A stretch of DNA of 64,000 bases, from the NCBI GenBank assembly GCA_043778225.1, contig JAYWGM010000101.1, forward strand, positions 1-64,000, given 5' to 3'. This document shows, piece after piece, positions 37,390 through 47,839 of the stretch (positions are counted from its first letter, which is position 1; every line of letters begins with the position of its first letter). Source of the stretch: Deinococcales bacterium. Its GTDB lineage: Bacteria; Deinococcota; Deinococci; Deinococcales; JAAFIG01. A model generated the notes under the pieces. That model had not been told where the DNA came from. It was given only the letters and a program-made list of their open reading frames with translations, and searched no databases. Both the position numbers and the translations under genes were made by a program.

Positions 37390-39597
37390 TTAGGGTTTGA
37401 ATTTAGCCACAACTGTAAATGGCGCATTAAGTGTATTGTTCCCAAAGCCAGTGCCAAATGCCATGGCACTGCTGTCTGGTAAACCAACCACACCTGTAAA
37501 AACCGAATCAAAGCTGAGGCTGTTACTTAGGTTGGTATACCCGAGCAGCATTTTGCCACCGACCCCAAAGGTAGGGTCTAAGCTACCATCTTGGTTGAGC
37601 CGCACAGCCGCAAAGTCGTTGGTGTTGGCTGCGCCGACCATCATGATTTTGTTGTTTGCCAGAACCGTGATGGCTCGAGGAAGGTGCAGGTTTGCATTGA
37701 AGCTCACGTCTATGCGTCCGTCGGTGTCAAAACTGAGGTCGAGGCTACCATCGGCTGCCAAACGAACCACACTGTACAATTCGGTGGTGACATCACGAAT
37801 CAGCAAAAGCAATCTGCCTTGAGCATCCAAAGTTACACGGCTGCGGGCGTTAATTGAACTTAAAATCAGCCCTGCATTGCTGATTGGTCGGCTTTGATAG
37901 CTTGCATCCACCGTGCCATCTTGCAGGATACGAGTGATATTGATCGCTGGGGTTACACCAGGATTTGAATCTTTAATGACAATAAAGCGCCCTAACGAAT
38001 CGGTTAAAGCAATGGCTGAGTCTGTGGAAAGCACACCCGGAATCGTAATTGCTTTGCGTCCATCACCATCAAAGTCTGGGTCTAAGTTGCCACCGGGGGT
38101 TAAGCGAATCAATTCGTTTTGGGTGATAAACAAGAAGCGACCCAATTCAACTTGGGCAAAGGTTAAGACATCGCCCACGCCTGCACCAATCACACCACTG
38201 CTCAGTTGGGTTGCACCATTTGTACCAAAACTCGAGTCCAAAGTACCATTTGGGTTCAAACGGATAATTTGCCGATTGTCGTGAACAAAGATTTTATTGT
38301 CGGCTTGGAGTACAAATTGGCTTGGACTCACAAACCCTAGTGCCGTGGGAGGATTAAAAGTGCTGTCGAGCGTCCCATCGGCGTTAAGGCGTGCGATGCC
38401 AAAAGTGCCAGCCGTGACCAGTATTTTGCCATCTGGTTGCCTTAGATTAAAACGACCATTGATGTTCGGGGTGGTCTTAAAACCAGCCAATGGCAGATTG
38501 GTGAAACTCGAGTCCAAGGCGCTGTCACCAAGGTTGGTGGCTTTAGGTTGTTCAAAACGACTCAGCACGCTGGTTTCAACCAGAAGGGTTTGTACAATTC
38601 CACCGCCAGTGCCTTTAATCGTAAAGTTTTGTGCGCCAGAAGGGGTATTCAAACCCGCAGTCATAAACATATTGGTATTTGTACCGTTTTCGACCCGCAT
38701 ATCTTGTGGTACGCCCTGAGCGCTAATCACCACAGCAGCCGTAAAACCAGCTTTGCGTTCGACATTGACTGTAAAATTACTGCGAACTTCTTGTAAAATT
38801 GGCGTTTCTATGGCAGTGGTACTGAGCCTAAAGCCCAAGGTGCTGGCTGGCAGAACTGTTAATTGCACCACGGTGCTTCTGGAAATTCCGTTTGCCACAC
38901 CGACCATTCTCATGGCATAGACTCCGGGCAGGGTGTTATTGGCAAGGCTTAATGTGACCAGCGAAGTATTCTGATTGGGCGGATTGACTGTCGGCACAGG
39001 GTTCTTATTAAAAACAGCACTGACTCCAAGCGGTAAATTCTCGAGCGTTAATTGGACATTGCCACTAAAGGCTGGGTCTATTTCTTTGACGTTAATGCCA
39101 AATTTGGCGGTAAAACCGGGTTCGGCACTGAACACATTGGGGGTTGCAGTCAGGGTGTAGACCAAACCTGTGAGGGCTGGAACAACGACGTTGATATTGG
39201 TACTGACGGTGATGGCTGCGGCTTGGGCTTTAAGGTTTTTTCCGGATATGCCATCAATCGCAACACCAAGCACTTTTAAGGTGTATGTACCGGGGGCAAC
39301 ATTTTTACCAACTTTAAGGCGCACACCACAGTCGCCGTTGCTCGAGTCGCGGGTCCATTCTTGGGTAAAACCAGTCGGTAAGTTCTCGAAAGTCATCTGT
39401 ACAAGGTCAGTAAAGCCAGCCTCTCGCTCGAGCGCCACAAAACTGGTGGCTTCGCCGCCGACTGGAATCTCGAGGCTGATTTCGGCGGGTTTGAGCTTAA
39501 AGGTGGCGGCTGGTGGCGGAATGGGTGTAGGGATGTTGCAAGCCACAATCAAGAGTCCAAAGGCAAGCAAGCCACTGATTTGATGTCCTAATTTCAT
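37390..39597 (-). CDS. Surface lipoprotein with three Ig-like repeats and a delta-60-repeat beta-propeller
   Basis: AAGGAG RBS; lipobox LIVAC; repeated GF..V......LP.G units; repeated RLnxDGxLDxsF / QPDGKILV units. Confidence 0.82.
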   Translation of the reverse strand: MKLGHQISGLLAFGLLIVACNIPTPIPPPAATFKLKPAEISLEIPVGGEATSFVALEREAGFTDLVQMTFENLPTGFTQEWTRDSSNGDCGVRLKVGKNVAPGTYTLKVLGVAIDGISGKNLKAQAAAITVSTNINVVVPALTGLVYTLTATPNVFSAEPGFTAKFGINVKEIDPAFSGNVQLTLENLPLGVSAVFNKNPVPTVNPPNQNTSLVTLSLANNTLPGVYAMRMVGVANGISRSTVVQLTVLPASTLGFRLSTTAIETPILQEVRSNFTVNVERKAGFTAAVVISAQGVPQDMRVENGTNTNMFMTAGLNTPSGAQNFTIKGTGGGIVQTLLVETSVLSRFEQPKATNLGDSALDSSFTNLPLAGFKTTPNINGRFNLRQPDGKILVTAGTFGIARLNADGTLDSTFNPPTALGFVSPSQFVLQADNKIFVHDNRQIIRLNPNGTLDSSFGTNGATQLSSGVIGAGVGDVLTFAQVELGRFLFITQNELIRLTPGGNLDPDFDGDGRKAITIPGVLSTDSAIALTDSLGRFIVIKDSNPGVTPAINITRILQDGTVDASYQSRPISNAGLILSSINARSRVTLDAQGRLLLLIRDVTTELYSVVRLAADGSLDLSFDTDGRIDVSFNANLHLPRAITVLANNKIMMVGAANTNDFAAVRLNQDGSLDPTFGVGGKMLLGYTNLSNSLSFDSVFTGVVGLPDSSAMAFGTGFGNNTLNAPFTVVAKFKP

Positions 39598-39647
39598 GAT
39601 TTTCTCCTTAAAAAACGCGAGGGCTAAAGAACGAACTGCCAAATTTT

Positions 39648-39866
39648 TTACAAAACCTCCTGTCGAAACCAAAGGCGAAATGGACTGTGGGATTGCCGAA
39701 CAAGCCACTCGGCAATCAACTGCCAAGCAACAAGTTCGGCACGTGGCTCGAGACCAGACCGAGGTATAACTCGAGCGATGCGCTCGAATTTGACAGCCGT
39801 CCGTAGTCTCGAGGTACGAGAAGGACTTATCTGAGGCTGCACTGGTTTGACCGATTCGAGTACCAT
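39648..39866 (-). CDS. Possible small protein between regulator and lipoprotein
   Basis: 72-aa ORF, co-oriented, fills the gap; no recognised motif. Confidence 0.35.
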   Translation of the reverse strand: MVLESVKPVQPQISPSRTSRLRTAVKFERIARVIPRSGLEPRAELVAWQLIAEWLVRQSHSPFRLWFRQEVL

Positions 39867-39900
39867 GCCAATAGCATCTGGTAATCAGACTAACGGCTGA

Positions 39901-42900
39901 CTAACGGCTGGTTATGGCTCGAGTTTCAAGTGGGCTTAACTGCACCCCGACCTCATGAAAACGCACTTGGGCTTGGCTATATAACTGTTCTGCCCCAAGC
40001 GCATCCCCAGAGGCTAACAAGGCATCTCTGGCTAACATCACGGCATCGAGTTCATACGGTTCTGCCTCGAGCCAAATCAGGGCTAATCGCGCGGCTTCAT
40101 CAGGATTTTTGATGATTGCATTTTCGATATAGGCAGTCAAAGCCTGATAAATTCGGTTGCGTGCCATCGAATCCTGCCCACCAGCGAAATCTGCCAGCCA
40201 TGCACCACGCCACAAAGTAGAATCGGCGGTCTGTAAAAAAGTTTCGGCATCGGTACGAACCTCATCCCCAAGTGCATAACCCGTGCTGGTACGCACAATC
40301 ACATTCTGCCCAAGATGGCTGCGTAAACGATAAATCAGTTGTTGTAAGGCAGCAATGGCGGCGCTTTCCTCAAAATTTAGATAGAGTAAATCCAGTAACT
40401 CGAGTTGACTGATTTCGCCTTGTCCGCGCAAGCGCAATTCGGACAGTAAAGCCAACAATTCACGTCCCTTGGCAGCTTTATAATTTATGGGTAAGCCGTC
40501 GCGTTCAAATTGTAACGAACCGAGATTGGCAATTCTAAAACTGGTTTGCAGAGGTGCTTTTTGTCGCTGCTCGAGGTCTGGCATAAAGCGGTACAGCACA
40601 AACAATAAACCACCCAGTTCTTGGGTTTTTAAGCGCTGCTCGAGGTCAAGGGCTAACGTGCGGTCTTGGGTCATACGAACCAACTCAAGTTCGATGAAAT
40701 CTTTTTCTTCTGTAAACTGCGGCGCGTTCTGAGCTTCTGATAAGGCTTTTACAGCCGCATCTCGAGAATTCTGTCGCTCGAGAATAAAGGCTTGTTGCCA
40801 CGGCGTAAAACCCGTCTCGAGTTGAATTTCTTGGGCATACTTTTTGGCTATCTCGAGATGACCAAACCGCGCCTCGAGTTCAATAAGTTTTAACTTTGCT
40901 TCTTTATAAATATCGGAAGTAGCAGCAGTTATTCGTAAAATTTCACGGGCATATTTTATGGCGAGTAGCTCATCCAAAGCGGCTGCCCGTTGGCTGTAGA
41001 GCATCATCAGGTGGGCGTAAAGCATTGGCGCAAAAACAGCTTGAGTGACCCGTACAGTTTGTAAATACTCAAGGAAATACCGTTCGGCTAATTCAAACTG
41101 ACCTAGCCAACGCAAAGCTGCGGCTAAGTTAAGTTCGGCTGCCATGCTTTCACCGAGGTTATATTCAAGCGTTAATTTGATACTCTTTTGAGCAGCCACA
41201 ACAGCCTCTTGGTATTGCTTTGTCCAAAGGTAGCAACTGCTTAAATTCGCCTGCAAGGTTGCAAATTGTCTTAATTCGTTGATGTCAGCTTTTGCGATTT
41301 TCACTTGTGGCTCGAGCAAAGCAATACCGCTTTTTATAGCCATAACCGCTTTTGGATACTGCCGCTCGGTTTTAAGTAGATTTGCCATAGAGTTTAAGAT
41401 AACCGCTTGTGCCATGAACGAAAGAGAGGGTAAGGCTTTGGCGACTTCAAGCCAATACCAACTTCTTTTGGTATTCCCTAGGTTGGCATAGGCTTCTGCA
41501 ACGGTTCTGTACAGGTTAAAACTGGCACTGGCATGAATTTCAGGATGGTTTTCCCAAAGCTGGGTAAGATATTGAAAGCCCACGCTATCTTTTTTGGCAA
41601 ACCAGACAAGAATTTCTTGGTAGATTTTCTGGCAATTTTGCTCGGCTGTTAAGTGATTTGGCAATAAAGTTAAGGTGCGTTTTCCGTCCTCAAACAATCC
41701 AAAAGCCGCTAACCAATTGGCTTTTTTGAGCAAAACTGGTACTTCTAGTAAAGGGGCTTCTATTGCCACATCTAAGAGTTGAAGTGCCGCTTTTGGGTCA
41801 TGATTGACCAAAACCAAAGCCAATTCAAACGCCATTTTCGGACGTTCGGGACTATTTATGAACTCGAGTAATTGTACTTTTAAGGACAATGCCTGAGGCA
41901 CTTCTTTGTTCTGCTCGAGTTCAGCAATGGCTTTTTCAAGCAGTGCCTTGGCGTGTAGCGGTTCGAGTTTGGCGAACTCGAGCAATGCCGCCGCCATGAC
42001 TGGAGGCGCAACTGGCAATAATTTTCGGGCTGCCAACTGCAAAAGCTGTTTTTGGGTGTGTCGAAAAACTTCCGAGAATAACGGGTGGGCAATGCTAAAC
42101 TGCGAATCCAAAACCCCATGATTTTGCAAGGTCAGCCGCGCCGCTTCAAAAGGCTGATTTGGTAATTGACTGGCGGGTTGCCATAACTCGAACGAATCGG
42201 CAATTAAAATTCGTAAGCCAAAAACACCAGAAAGTACCGTGTCGGTCACAATTGGTTCTAACATATTCTCAATTAATGCCTCGAGACTGCTCGGCATGGT
42301 GAGCGCAGTCGGTTCTCGCCAATGCCAGTCTTTACCATCGCTCCAAACTGAACCTTGACGCATCAAGAGTTTTAGAAACTCGAGTAAAAAGAGCGGATTT
42401 CCACTGGCTCGAGGTAAAATCCAATCAAGCGTAGCCTTTGGTAAGGCTGCTCCGAGTTTAGTGGCGAGTAAGGCTTGACTGGCATCGGAACTCAACACCT
42501 CGAGCGGTAAAGCCTCGAATTCGGAAGGCGGCAAACCTCGGCTGGTTGCCAAAATCCCCACGCCTCGAGTTGTTTTTATGGCTTTAGCTACGCTATTCCA
42601 AAAGATTTGTTGCTCGAGGCTGGCTTCGTGAATATCCTCGAGATGCAGCACAAATGGCGCAAGGCTCACAAGCCATGCCGCCACGGCTTCGGCAGCAGCC
42701 GTTAATTTTATTTCGTTGCGCTGCAAACGTTGCAAGGTTGTTTGGACATGACCAGCCACTCGTCCAACTCGAGGTAGACGCAAAAAGAACTGGTCAGAAT
42801 TGGCGATCGCATGAAGGCTGACACTTTTGATTGGCAAGGCTTTTAGCACCAACTGGGCAGTATGGGTTTTACCAATGCCCGCATGACCAACCAGACAAAG

Positions 42901-42960
42901 CACCAAACCAAAACGTCGGGAAGCCAGTTTGGAAAATTTTTGCTCGAGCAAAGCAATCAT
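39901..42960 (-). CDS. STAND-type AAA ATPase / TPR / C-terminal wHTH-BTAD (SARP-like) transcriptional regulator
   Basis: GHAGIGKT P-loop, LEDIH, ASGNPLFLLE; helical TPR-like middle; ELLALL...LQQLIYRLR...GYALG...LWRGAWL. Confidence 0.8.
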   Translation of the reverse strand: MIALLEQKFSKLASRRFGLVLCLVGHAGIGKTHTAQLVLKALPIKSVSLHAIANSDQFFLRLPRVGRVAGHVQTTLQRLQRNEIKLTAAAEAVAAWLVSLAPFVLHLEDIHEASLEQQIFWNSVAKAIKTTRGVGILATSRGLPPSEFEALPLEVLSSDASQALLATKLGAALPKATLDWILPRASGNPLFLLEFLKLLMRQGSVWSDGKDWHWREPTALTMPSSLEALIENMLEPIVTDTVLSGVFGLRILIADSFELWQPASQLPNQPFEAARLTLQNHGVLDSQFSIAHPLFSEVFRHTQKQLLQLAARKLLPVAPPVMAAALLEFAKLEPLHAKALLEKAIAELEQNKEVPQALSLKVQLLEFINSPERPKMAFELALVLVNHDPKAALQLLDVAIEAPLLEVPVLLKKANWLAAFGLFEDGKRTLTLLPNHLTAEQNCQKIYQEILVWFAKKDSVGFQYLTQLWENHPEIHASASFNLYRTVAEAYANLGNTKRSWYWLEVAKALPSLSFMAQAVILNSMANLLKTERQYPKAVMAIKSGIALLEPQVKIAKADINELRQFATLQANLSSCYLWTKQYQEAVVAAQKSIKLTLEYNLGESMAAELNLAAALRWLGQFELAERYFLEYLQTVRVTQAVFAPMLYAHLMMLYSQRAAALDELLAIKYAREILRITAATSDIYKEAKLKLIELEARFGHLEIAKKYAQEIQLETGFTPWQQAFILERQNSRDAAVKALSEAQNAPQFTEEKDFIELELVRMTQDRTLALDLEQRLKTQELGGLLFVLYRFMPDLEQRQKAPLQTSFRIANLGSLQFERDGLPINYKAAKGRELLALLSELRLRGQGEISQLELLDLLYLNFEESAAIAALQQLIYRLRSHLGQNVIVRTSTGYALGDEVRTDAETFLQTADSTLWRGAWLADFAGGQDSMARNRIYQALTAYIENAIIKNPDEAARLALIWLEAEPYELDAVMLARDALLASGDALGAEQLYSQAQVRFHEVGVQLSPLETRAITSR

Positions 42961-43043
42961 AATTAACTCTACACCGCAATTTTCTTTGGATGTTTTAGGC
43001 TGTGTTCAGCTTGACTTCAATTTGAAATGGCAAATTAAAAGCC

Positions 43044-44204
43044 ATGAAGAAGTTTTTTATCGGTTTTTCGGTGGCGGCAGTCTCGAGTCTGACCTTGGCA
43101 CAAGCCCCACAAGCAGCCAATGCCAAAGGATTAAAACTGACCCTAAAAACATCCGAGCCATTTATTCAAAAAGGTCAGCTAAAGCTCGAGATTATCCAAA
43201 AAAGTTTTTTACTCGAGCCAAAAGAATTATCAGCCAACAATAAAATAACTGCCAAGCTGAGCCAAAAACTCGAGTCTATTTTTAAGGGCATTAACCGCGT
43301 TGGCAAGGATGCTCGTTTTGAAAACGAAAAAGGTTCTTGGGTCGCCCGTCAGCGCAGCGCTTGGCAAGTCAACCAAGCACAAACTCGAGAAAATATCCTT
43401 AAAGCCATTGAATCGGGTGCAGCCACGGCTGAAATTAGCTTGGATGTGACCACCCCAAAACGCAATGTTCGTAATTGGGCAGAGTCTGGAATCACCACAC
43501 TGTTCGCCAAAGGTAGCTCGAGCTTCAAGGGTTCGCCAAGTTTTCGGGTCAAGAACATTATTGTCGCGGCTTCAAAACTCGATAACGATTATCTCGAGGA
43601 AAGCCAAGAACTGGATTTTAACGATTCGATTGGCGCAATCAATAAAGCCACAGGATTTGTCGAAGGGTTTGTGATTGTCGACGGCACGCTCGAAAAAGAG
43701 GATGGTGGCGGGATTTGTCAGGTCAGTACGACTTTATTTCGAGCCGCTTACAATGGTGGCTTACCGATAACCGAGCGCCATGAGCATTCGCACCGTGTTT
43801 CGTACTACGACCCAGTTGGTTTTGAAGCCACGGTTTATGCACCAAGTAAAAACCTTAAATTTAAGAACGATTCAGGTGGCACATTGCTGATTCAAGCCGA
43901 ATGGAACGAAAAAGCCCAAACGCTTGGCTTCTTCTTTTTCGGTCGCGCCCCCAACCGTCAGGTGAGTGTTTCTGCGCCAGTCATCAGCGATTTCAAAGCC
44001 GCAGCCGCGCCGAGTTTTAGTGCCGACCCCAAGATGCGGCTGGGTGCATCACGCCAAATTGACAGCCCAATGCAGGGCATGACCAGCCTGATTATCCGCA
44101 CAATTCGCAAAGATGGCAAGGTGAGTAAAGACACCCTAAAAAGTGTCTATCAACCTTGGGGTGCGGTTTATGCTGTCCATCCAAACGATCAAAGGCTGCG
44201 CTAA
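43044..44204 (+). CDS. VanW-family protein
   Basis: GGGICQVSTTLFRA, ERHEHS, GFEATV...LKFKND; signal peptide. Confidence 0.9.
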   Translation: MKKFFIGFSVAAVSSLTLAQAPQAANAKGLKLTLKTSEPFIQKGQLKLEIIQKSFLLEPKELSANNKITAKLSQKLESIFKGINRVGKDARFENEKGSWVARQRSAWQVNQAQTRENILKAIESGAATAEISLDVTTPKRNVRNWAESGITTLFAKGSSSFKGSPSFRVKNIIVAASKLDNDYLEESQELDFNDSIGAINKATGFVEGFVIVDGTLEKEDGGGICQVSTTLFRAAYNGGLPITERHEHSHRVSYYDPVGFEATVYAPSKNLKFKNDSGGTLLIQAEWNEKAQTLGFFFFGRAPNRQVSVSAPVISDFKAAAAPSFSADPKMRLGASRQIDSPMQGMTSLIIRTIRKDGKVSKDTLKSVYQPWGAVYAVHPNDQRLR

Positions 44205-44545
44205 TAAAAACCAAATACAGGCTACCTGTGCAATAAGGTTACTCGTGACAGTTCGGACTCGAGATTTGTGGTGGTTTATCGCCAAAAGTTTAGAAGAACA
44301 AGGCGAATTTGACATTCCATGTTTGGACATCGTTTTAAGTATCTCCCCGCAATGTTTTAGGTGTTTTTCCTAAAACATTTTGCGACTAGAAGGAGTAAGG
44401 ACAGCGTATCTACCGCCGAAGTGACAGATTTGCCGTATTTTGAAAAATCTAAAACAAAGGCGGTAGATACTTAACACTCGAGCAAATCTACACAGGCATC
44501 GCATTCTAAGTTTTGTCTCATGCCTTACCAGTTAAACTTTAAGCA

Positions 44546-45955
44546 ATGACCAAGCAAATTACGATTCTGCACACCAACGATATTCACGGACGTACCGAGG
44601 GGCTGGCTCGAGTGGCAACACTGGTGGAAGAAACTCGAGAGAAAACCAATCATCCTGTGTTGTACTTTGACGCTGGTGACATCGAAGAAACCAATACACG
44701 ACTCTCGAGTTTAACCAAGGGCGTGGCAATGCACCGTTTACTCAGTGCAGCAGGTTGTAATGCTGCTGCCGTTGGCAATGGCGGGCTACTGCGCTACTCC
44801 CAAAGTATTCTCGAGCAGTACGCCAAAACCGCGAGTTACCCGCTTTTTCTTGCTAATCTGGTCATGGCAGATGGCTCGAGTATTGCGGGTGTGCAGCCAA
44901 GTGGAATACTCGAGGTGAACGGTGTCAAGCTCGGGATTATTGGACTAACCGACCCGTTTGACGCATACACAAGTTTTTTTGGACTGACTGAACTCGAGAT
45001 TATTCCGCTCGCCAGGAAACTATCCGATGAATTGCGTTCTCAAGGTGCAGATTTAATTATTGTCCTTTCGCATTTGGGTTGGCAACATGGCGAACCTCAT
45101 GCCGAGAGATTCAATGACCAGCAACTTGCAAACGCTTTACAAAACGAAATTGATTTGATTATCGGCGCTCATACACATCATCTACTCGAGAACGGGCAAC
45201 GCATCGGGCGGGTTTGGGTGGCGCAAACAGGCAATTATGCTGAGCATCTGGGACGAATCGAACTCGAGCAAACAAACATGGGTTGGGAAGTCAAATCTTG
45301 CAGCACCCAAGCGATTCTCGAGAGTGTAAAACCTGCTGCTATCATTCTCGAGGAAATCGCAAAAATCGAAGCCGAACTCGAGACTTGGTTAGCCGAACCG
45401 CTCTGCACCCTCGAGTCTGATTTAACCCACGCTCCAAGTGCCGAATGTGCCGCAGGGAATTTACTCGCCGATGCCCTGCGCGATTACTGGAATGCCGACA
45501 TTGGCGTTTGCCTTGGCTTAATCGGCTTTAGCAGCCAAATAAAAGCAGGTATTGTGACTCGAGGCGATGTTTTTGAACGTGTGACCAGTGCCGCTAACCC
45601 GGGAATCACGACCATGTTTGGCTGGCAAATCCTCGAGATGCTTTCCCTTGGTTTGGACACTGAAGAAGCCGCCGAGAAACCCAAGCATCACCGAGGAGCA
45701 ATGCGCGGAATGCTGCACCTCTCGAACATGAAACGCAAGAATGAACAATGGTTTGTTGGCAATACAGCTCTGAGTTTTGATCAAATGTACACCGTTGCCA
45801 GCAGTGATGCAGAAGTTAATTTCAGCACAAGTTTAGTCCCAAAAGATTGGAAACTCGAGGTTCAGTATCATAGCGACATCATTATGCGTGAAGTTCTCGA
45901 GAAATACATGGTCAAGCACAAGCAAATTCAACCTCGAATTAGTCAGGTTGCTTGA
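44546..45955 (+). CDS. Metallophosphoesterase / 5'-nucleotidase family (no signal peptide)
   Basis: ILHTNDIHG, DAGD, VGN, VLSHLG, IIGAHTH; C-terminal GNLLADA domain. Confidence 0.88.
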   Translation: MTKQITILHTNDIHGRTEGLARVATLVEETREKTNHPVLYFDAGDIEETNTRLSSLTKGVAMHRLLSAAGCNAAAVGNGGLLRYSQSILEQYAKTASYPLFLANLVMADGSSIAGVQPSGILEVNGVKLGIIGLTDPFDAYTSFFGLTELEIIPLARKLSDELRSQGADLIIVLSHLGWQHGEPHAERFNDQQLANALQNEIDLIIGAHTHHLLENGQRIGRVWVAQTGNYAEHLGRIELEQTNMGWEVKSCSTQAILESVKPAAIILEEIAKIEAELETWLAEPLCTLESDLTHAPSAECAAGNLLADALRDYWNADIGVCLGLIGFSSQIKAGIVTRGDVFERVTSAANPGITTMFGWQILEMLSLGLDTEEAAEKPKHHRGAMRGMLHLSNMKRKNEQWFVGNTALSFDQMYTVASSDAEVNFSTSLVPKDWKLEVQYHSDIIMREVLEKYMVKHKQIQPRISQVA

Positions 45956-46044
45956 ATAATGTTTGTTCAACTTTTCGGAAAAGATTATATTTGGTTTCCG
46001 ACCACCACTTGCTTTAGCCTTGACCGATTTTGCGCTTTCCTAAG

Positions 46045-46668
46045 TCAAAACAAAGTCGTTTGTGGAATCTCGAGTTGGCTGTCGGTTTTGTCTGGCAGCG
46101 CCTCGAGTGCAGCCTTAACCGCCTTAATATCCTGCCAAGTCAGCCATTTGGGTCCACCAACGGTTCGCACCGCATTGCGTAATAAATAAGCTGGGTGAAA
46201 CATCGGCAGTAAAGGTATCGGGGTACTGAGTTTTTTGAATTCTGTCCACTGTCCACGGGTTTTGGTAATGCCTTGGCTAGTCTCAAGCGCCCATTGGGTT
46301 GGTACATTGCCGAGGGTCACTAAAATTTGTGGGCGTATTAACTTAATTTGCTCGAGTAGCCAATGGTCGCAACTGGCAATTTCTTCGGGTTCTGGGTTGC
46401 GGTTTTGTGGTGGGCGGCACTTGACCACGTTGGCGATGTAAATATCGGCTCGGTTCATGCCAACCGCCCCGAGAATTTGCTCGAGCAGTTGCCCAGCTTG
46501 TCCAACAAATGGTTTGCCGGTACGGTCTTCTTCTTGCCCAGGTCCTTCGCCAATCATCATCAGACGGGCATCGGGGTCTCCCTGCCCAAAAACCACATTT
46601 TGGCGGGTGCTGGCAAGTTTACAAGTGGTGCAAGTGCTGCACATTTGCCCAAGTTGCTCGAGGTTCAT
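46045..46668 (-). CDS. Uracil-DNA glycosylase, family 4
   Basis: CTTCKL Fe-S ligands, IGEGPG, PFVG, NVVKCRPP, FHPAYLLR. Confidence 0.93.
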   Translation of the reverse strand: MNLEQLGQMCSTCTTCKLASTRQNVVFGQGDPDARLMMIGEGPGQEEDRTGKPFVGQAGQLLEQILGAVGMNRADIYIANVVKCRPPQNRNPEPEEIASCDHWLLEQIKLIRPQILVTLGNVPTQWALETSQGITKTRGQWTEFKKLSTPIPLLPMFHPAYLLRNAVRTVGGPKWLTWQDIKAVKAALEALPDKTDSQLEIPQTTLF

Positions 46669-47393
46669 TGGCTGACCTGCACAATTTCGATGTTCCAAAG
46701 TCCGATTTTTTTTGCGGCTCGGATGGCTTTTTTGCCTTGCCCAGCCCGAATTGCGCCCATAAAGTCTGGATTTTGAGAAAGTGCTGTTAAAACCCAAAAA
46801 TCGCCCCAAACCTCGAGACCCCAAGCACTTTTCATGCTGCGGCTGGCAACTTCCCAGATATTTTGTCCCATGTCCTCGAGTGCCGCAATATAGTGCGTTT
46901 GCCCATCGGTGGCTGGGTTGGCTTTGACTTGGCGGCGGTAAGCAGCTTGTTCTTGGCGGTTCATTTGCTCGAGTGTGCCAACTTTACAGTAATGGTTGCT
47001 GAGGGCGCTAAAGGTATCGCGGCAACGGGCTGGGCGGGCTTCGTAGGCGGTACACGCCCCGGTGCTTTGGTCTAAAAGTGGGCAATAGCCGATTTTCTCG
47101 CGGTGCTGCTGAAAATACTGATTCCAACTGGTGGCGCGGTTGGCATTTTGAATGATTTCTTTGGCGCGTATATCCATGCTTTTTTGTTGCTCGAGCGAGA
47201 GTTTTTGGGCGGTCAAGAGGGCTTCGGGCAGGCTGACACGAATTGGAAAATTACAGCAATTCATACAGCCAGCGTGGCAATGAACTTTGCCGCCTTGACG
47301 GGTAAAGTCTGTCATCCATGTGCTGGCTTGCTGTCCATACAAGGCATAGGCTCGAGCCACCGCATTGATGATTGGCTGGTCTGGATTGGGCAT
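46665..47393 (-). CDS. YkgJ-family (CxxxCxxCC) cysteine-cluster protein
   Basis: CHAGCMNCC, CPLL...CTAYEARPARCR. Confidence 0.85.
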   Translation of the reverse strand: MPNPDQPIINAVARAYALYGQQASTWMTDFTRQGGKVHCHAGCMNCCNFPIRVSLPEALLTAQKLSLEQQKSMDIRAKEIIQNANRATSWNQYFQQHREKIGYCPLLDQSTGACTAYEARPARCRDTFSALSNHYCKVGTLEQMNRQEQAAYRRQVKANPATDGQTHYIAALEDMGQNIWEVASRSMKSAWGLEVWGDFWVLTALSQNPDFMGAIRAGQGKKAIRAAKKIGLWNIEIVQVSQ

Positions 47394-47524
47394 TGCCTAG
47401 TTTATCAGAGCCAGTCTTCATAGCCCAAGCCCAGCAGTTTTATTCCTCATTACGATGCCCAGCACGTGGTACTCATTTTTGCAGTTGTGATAGACAATGC
47501 CAAGGTGTGCTACACTGCGCCACA

Positions 47525-47839
47525 ATGACTGGTCTGAGCAAATTAAAAACCATTCGTCCATTGCGGACTTTTGTACCACAGTTGCTTTTAACCTTGGTTT
47601 TAGCGGCTGGCTTGGTGCAATTGACCATCTGGACAGGTGCAACTTTGTATCGTCATTTGGATGCTGCCCAAGCCTCAAACCTAGAACTGCAAAAAATCAG
47701 TGCCTTAAAACTCGAGCTTAAATTGCTGACCGAGCGTGCTAAACAAGCCCGTGAGGATAAACTCTACCTCGAGCGCTTGGCGCGTAAACAGGGTTTTGTG
47801 CGGCGTGGCGAAACCGTGATTGTGCCTCGGGTCAAATGA
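47525..47839 (+). CDS. Septum formation initiator (FtsB/DivIC-like)
   Basis: TM helix, coiled coil, YLERLARKQGFVRRGE. Confidence 0.75.
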   Translation: MTGLSKLKTIRPLRTFVPQLLLTLVLAAGLVQLTIWTGATLYRHLDAAQASNLELQKISALKLELKLLTERAKQAREDKLYLERLARKQGFVRRGETVIVPRVK

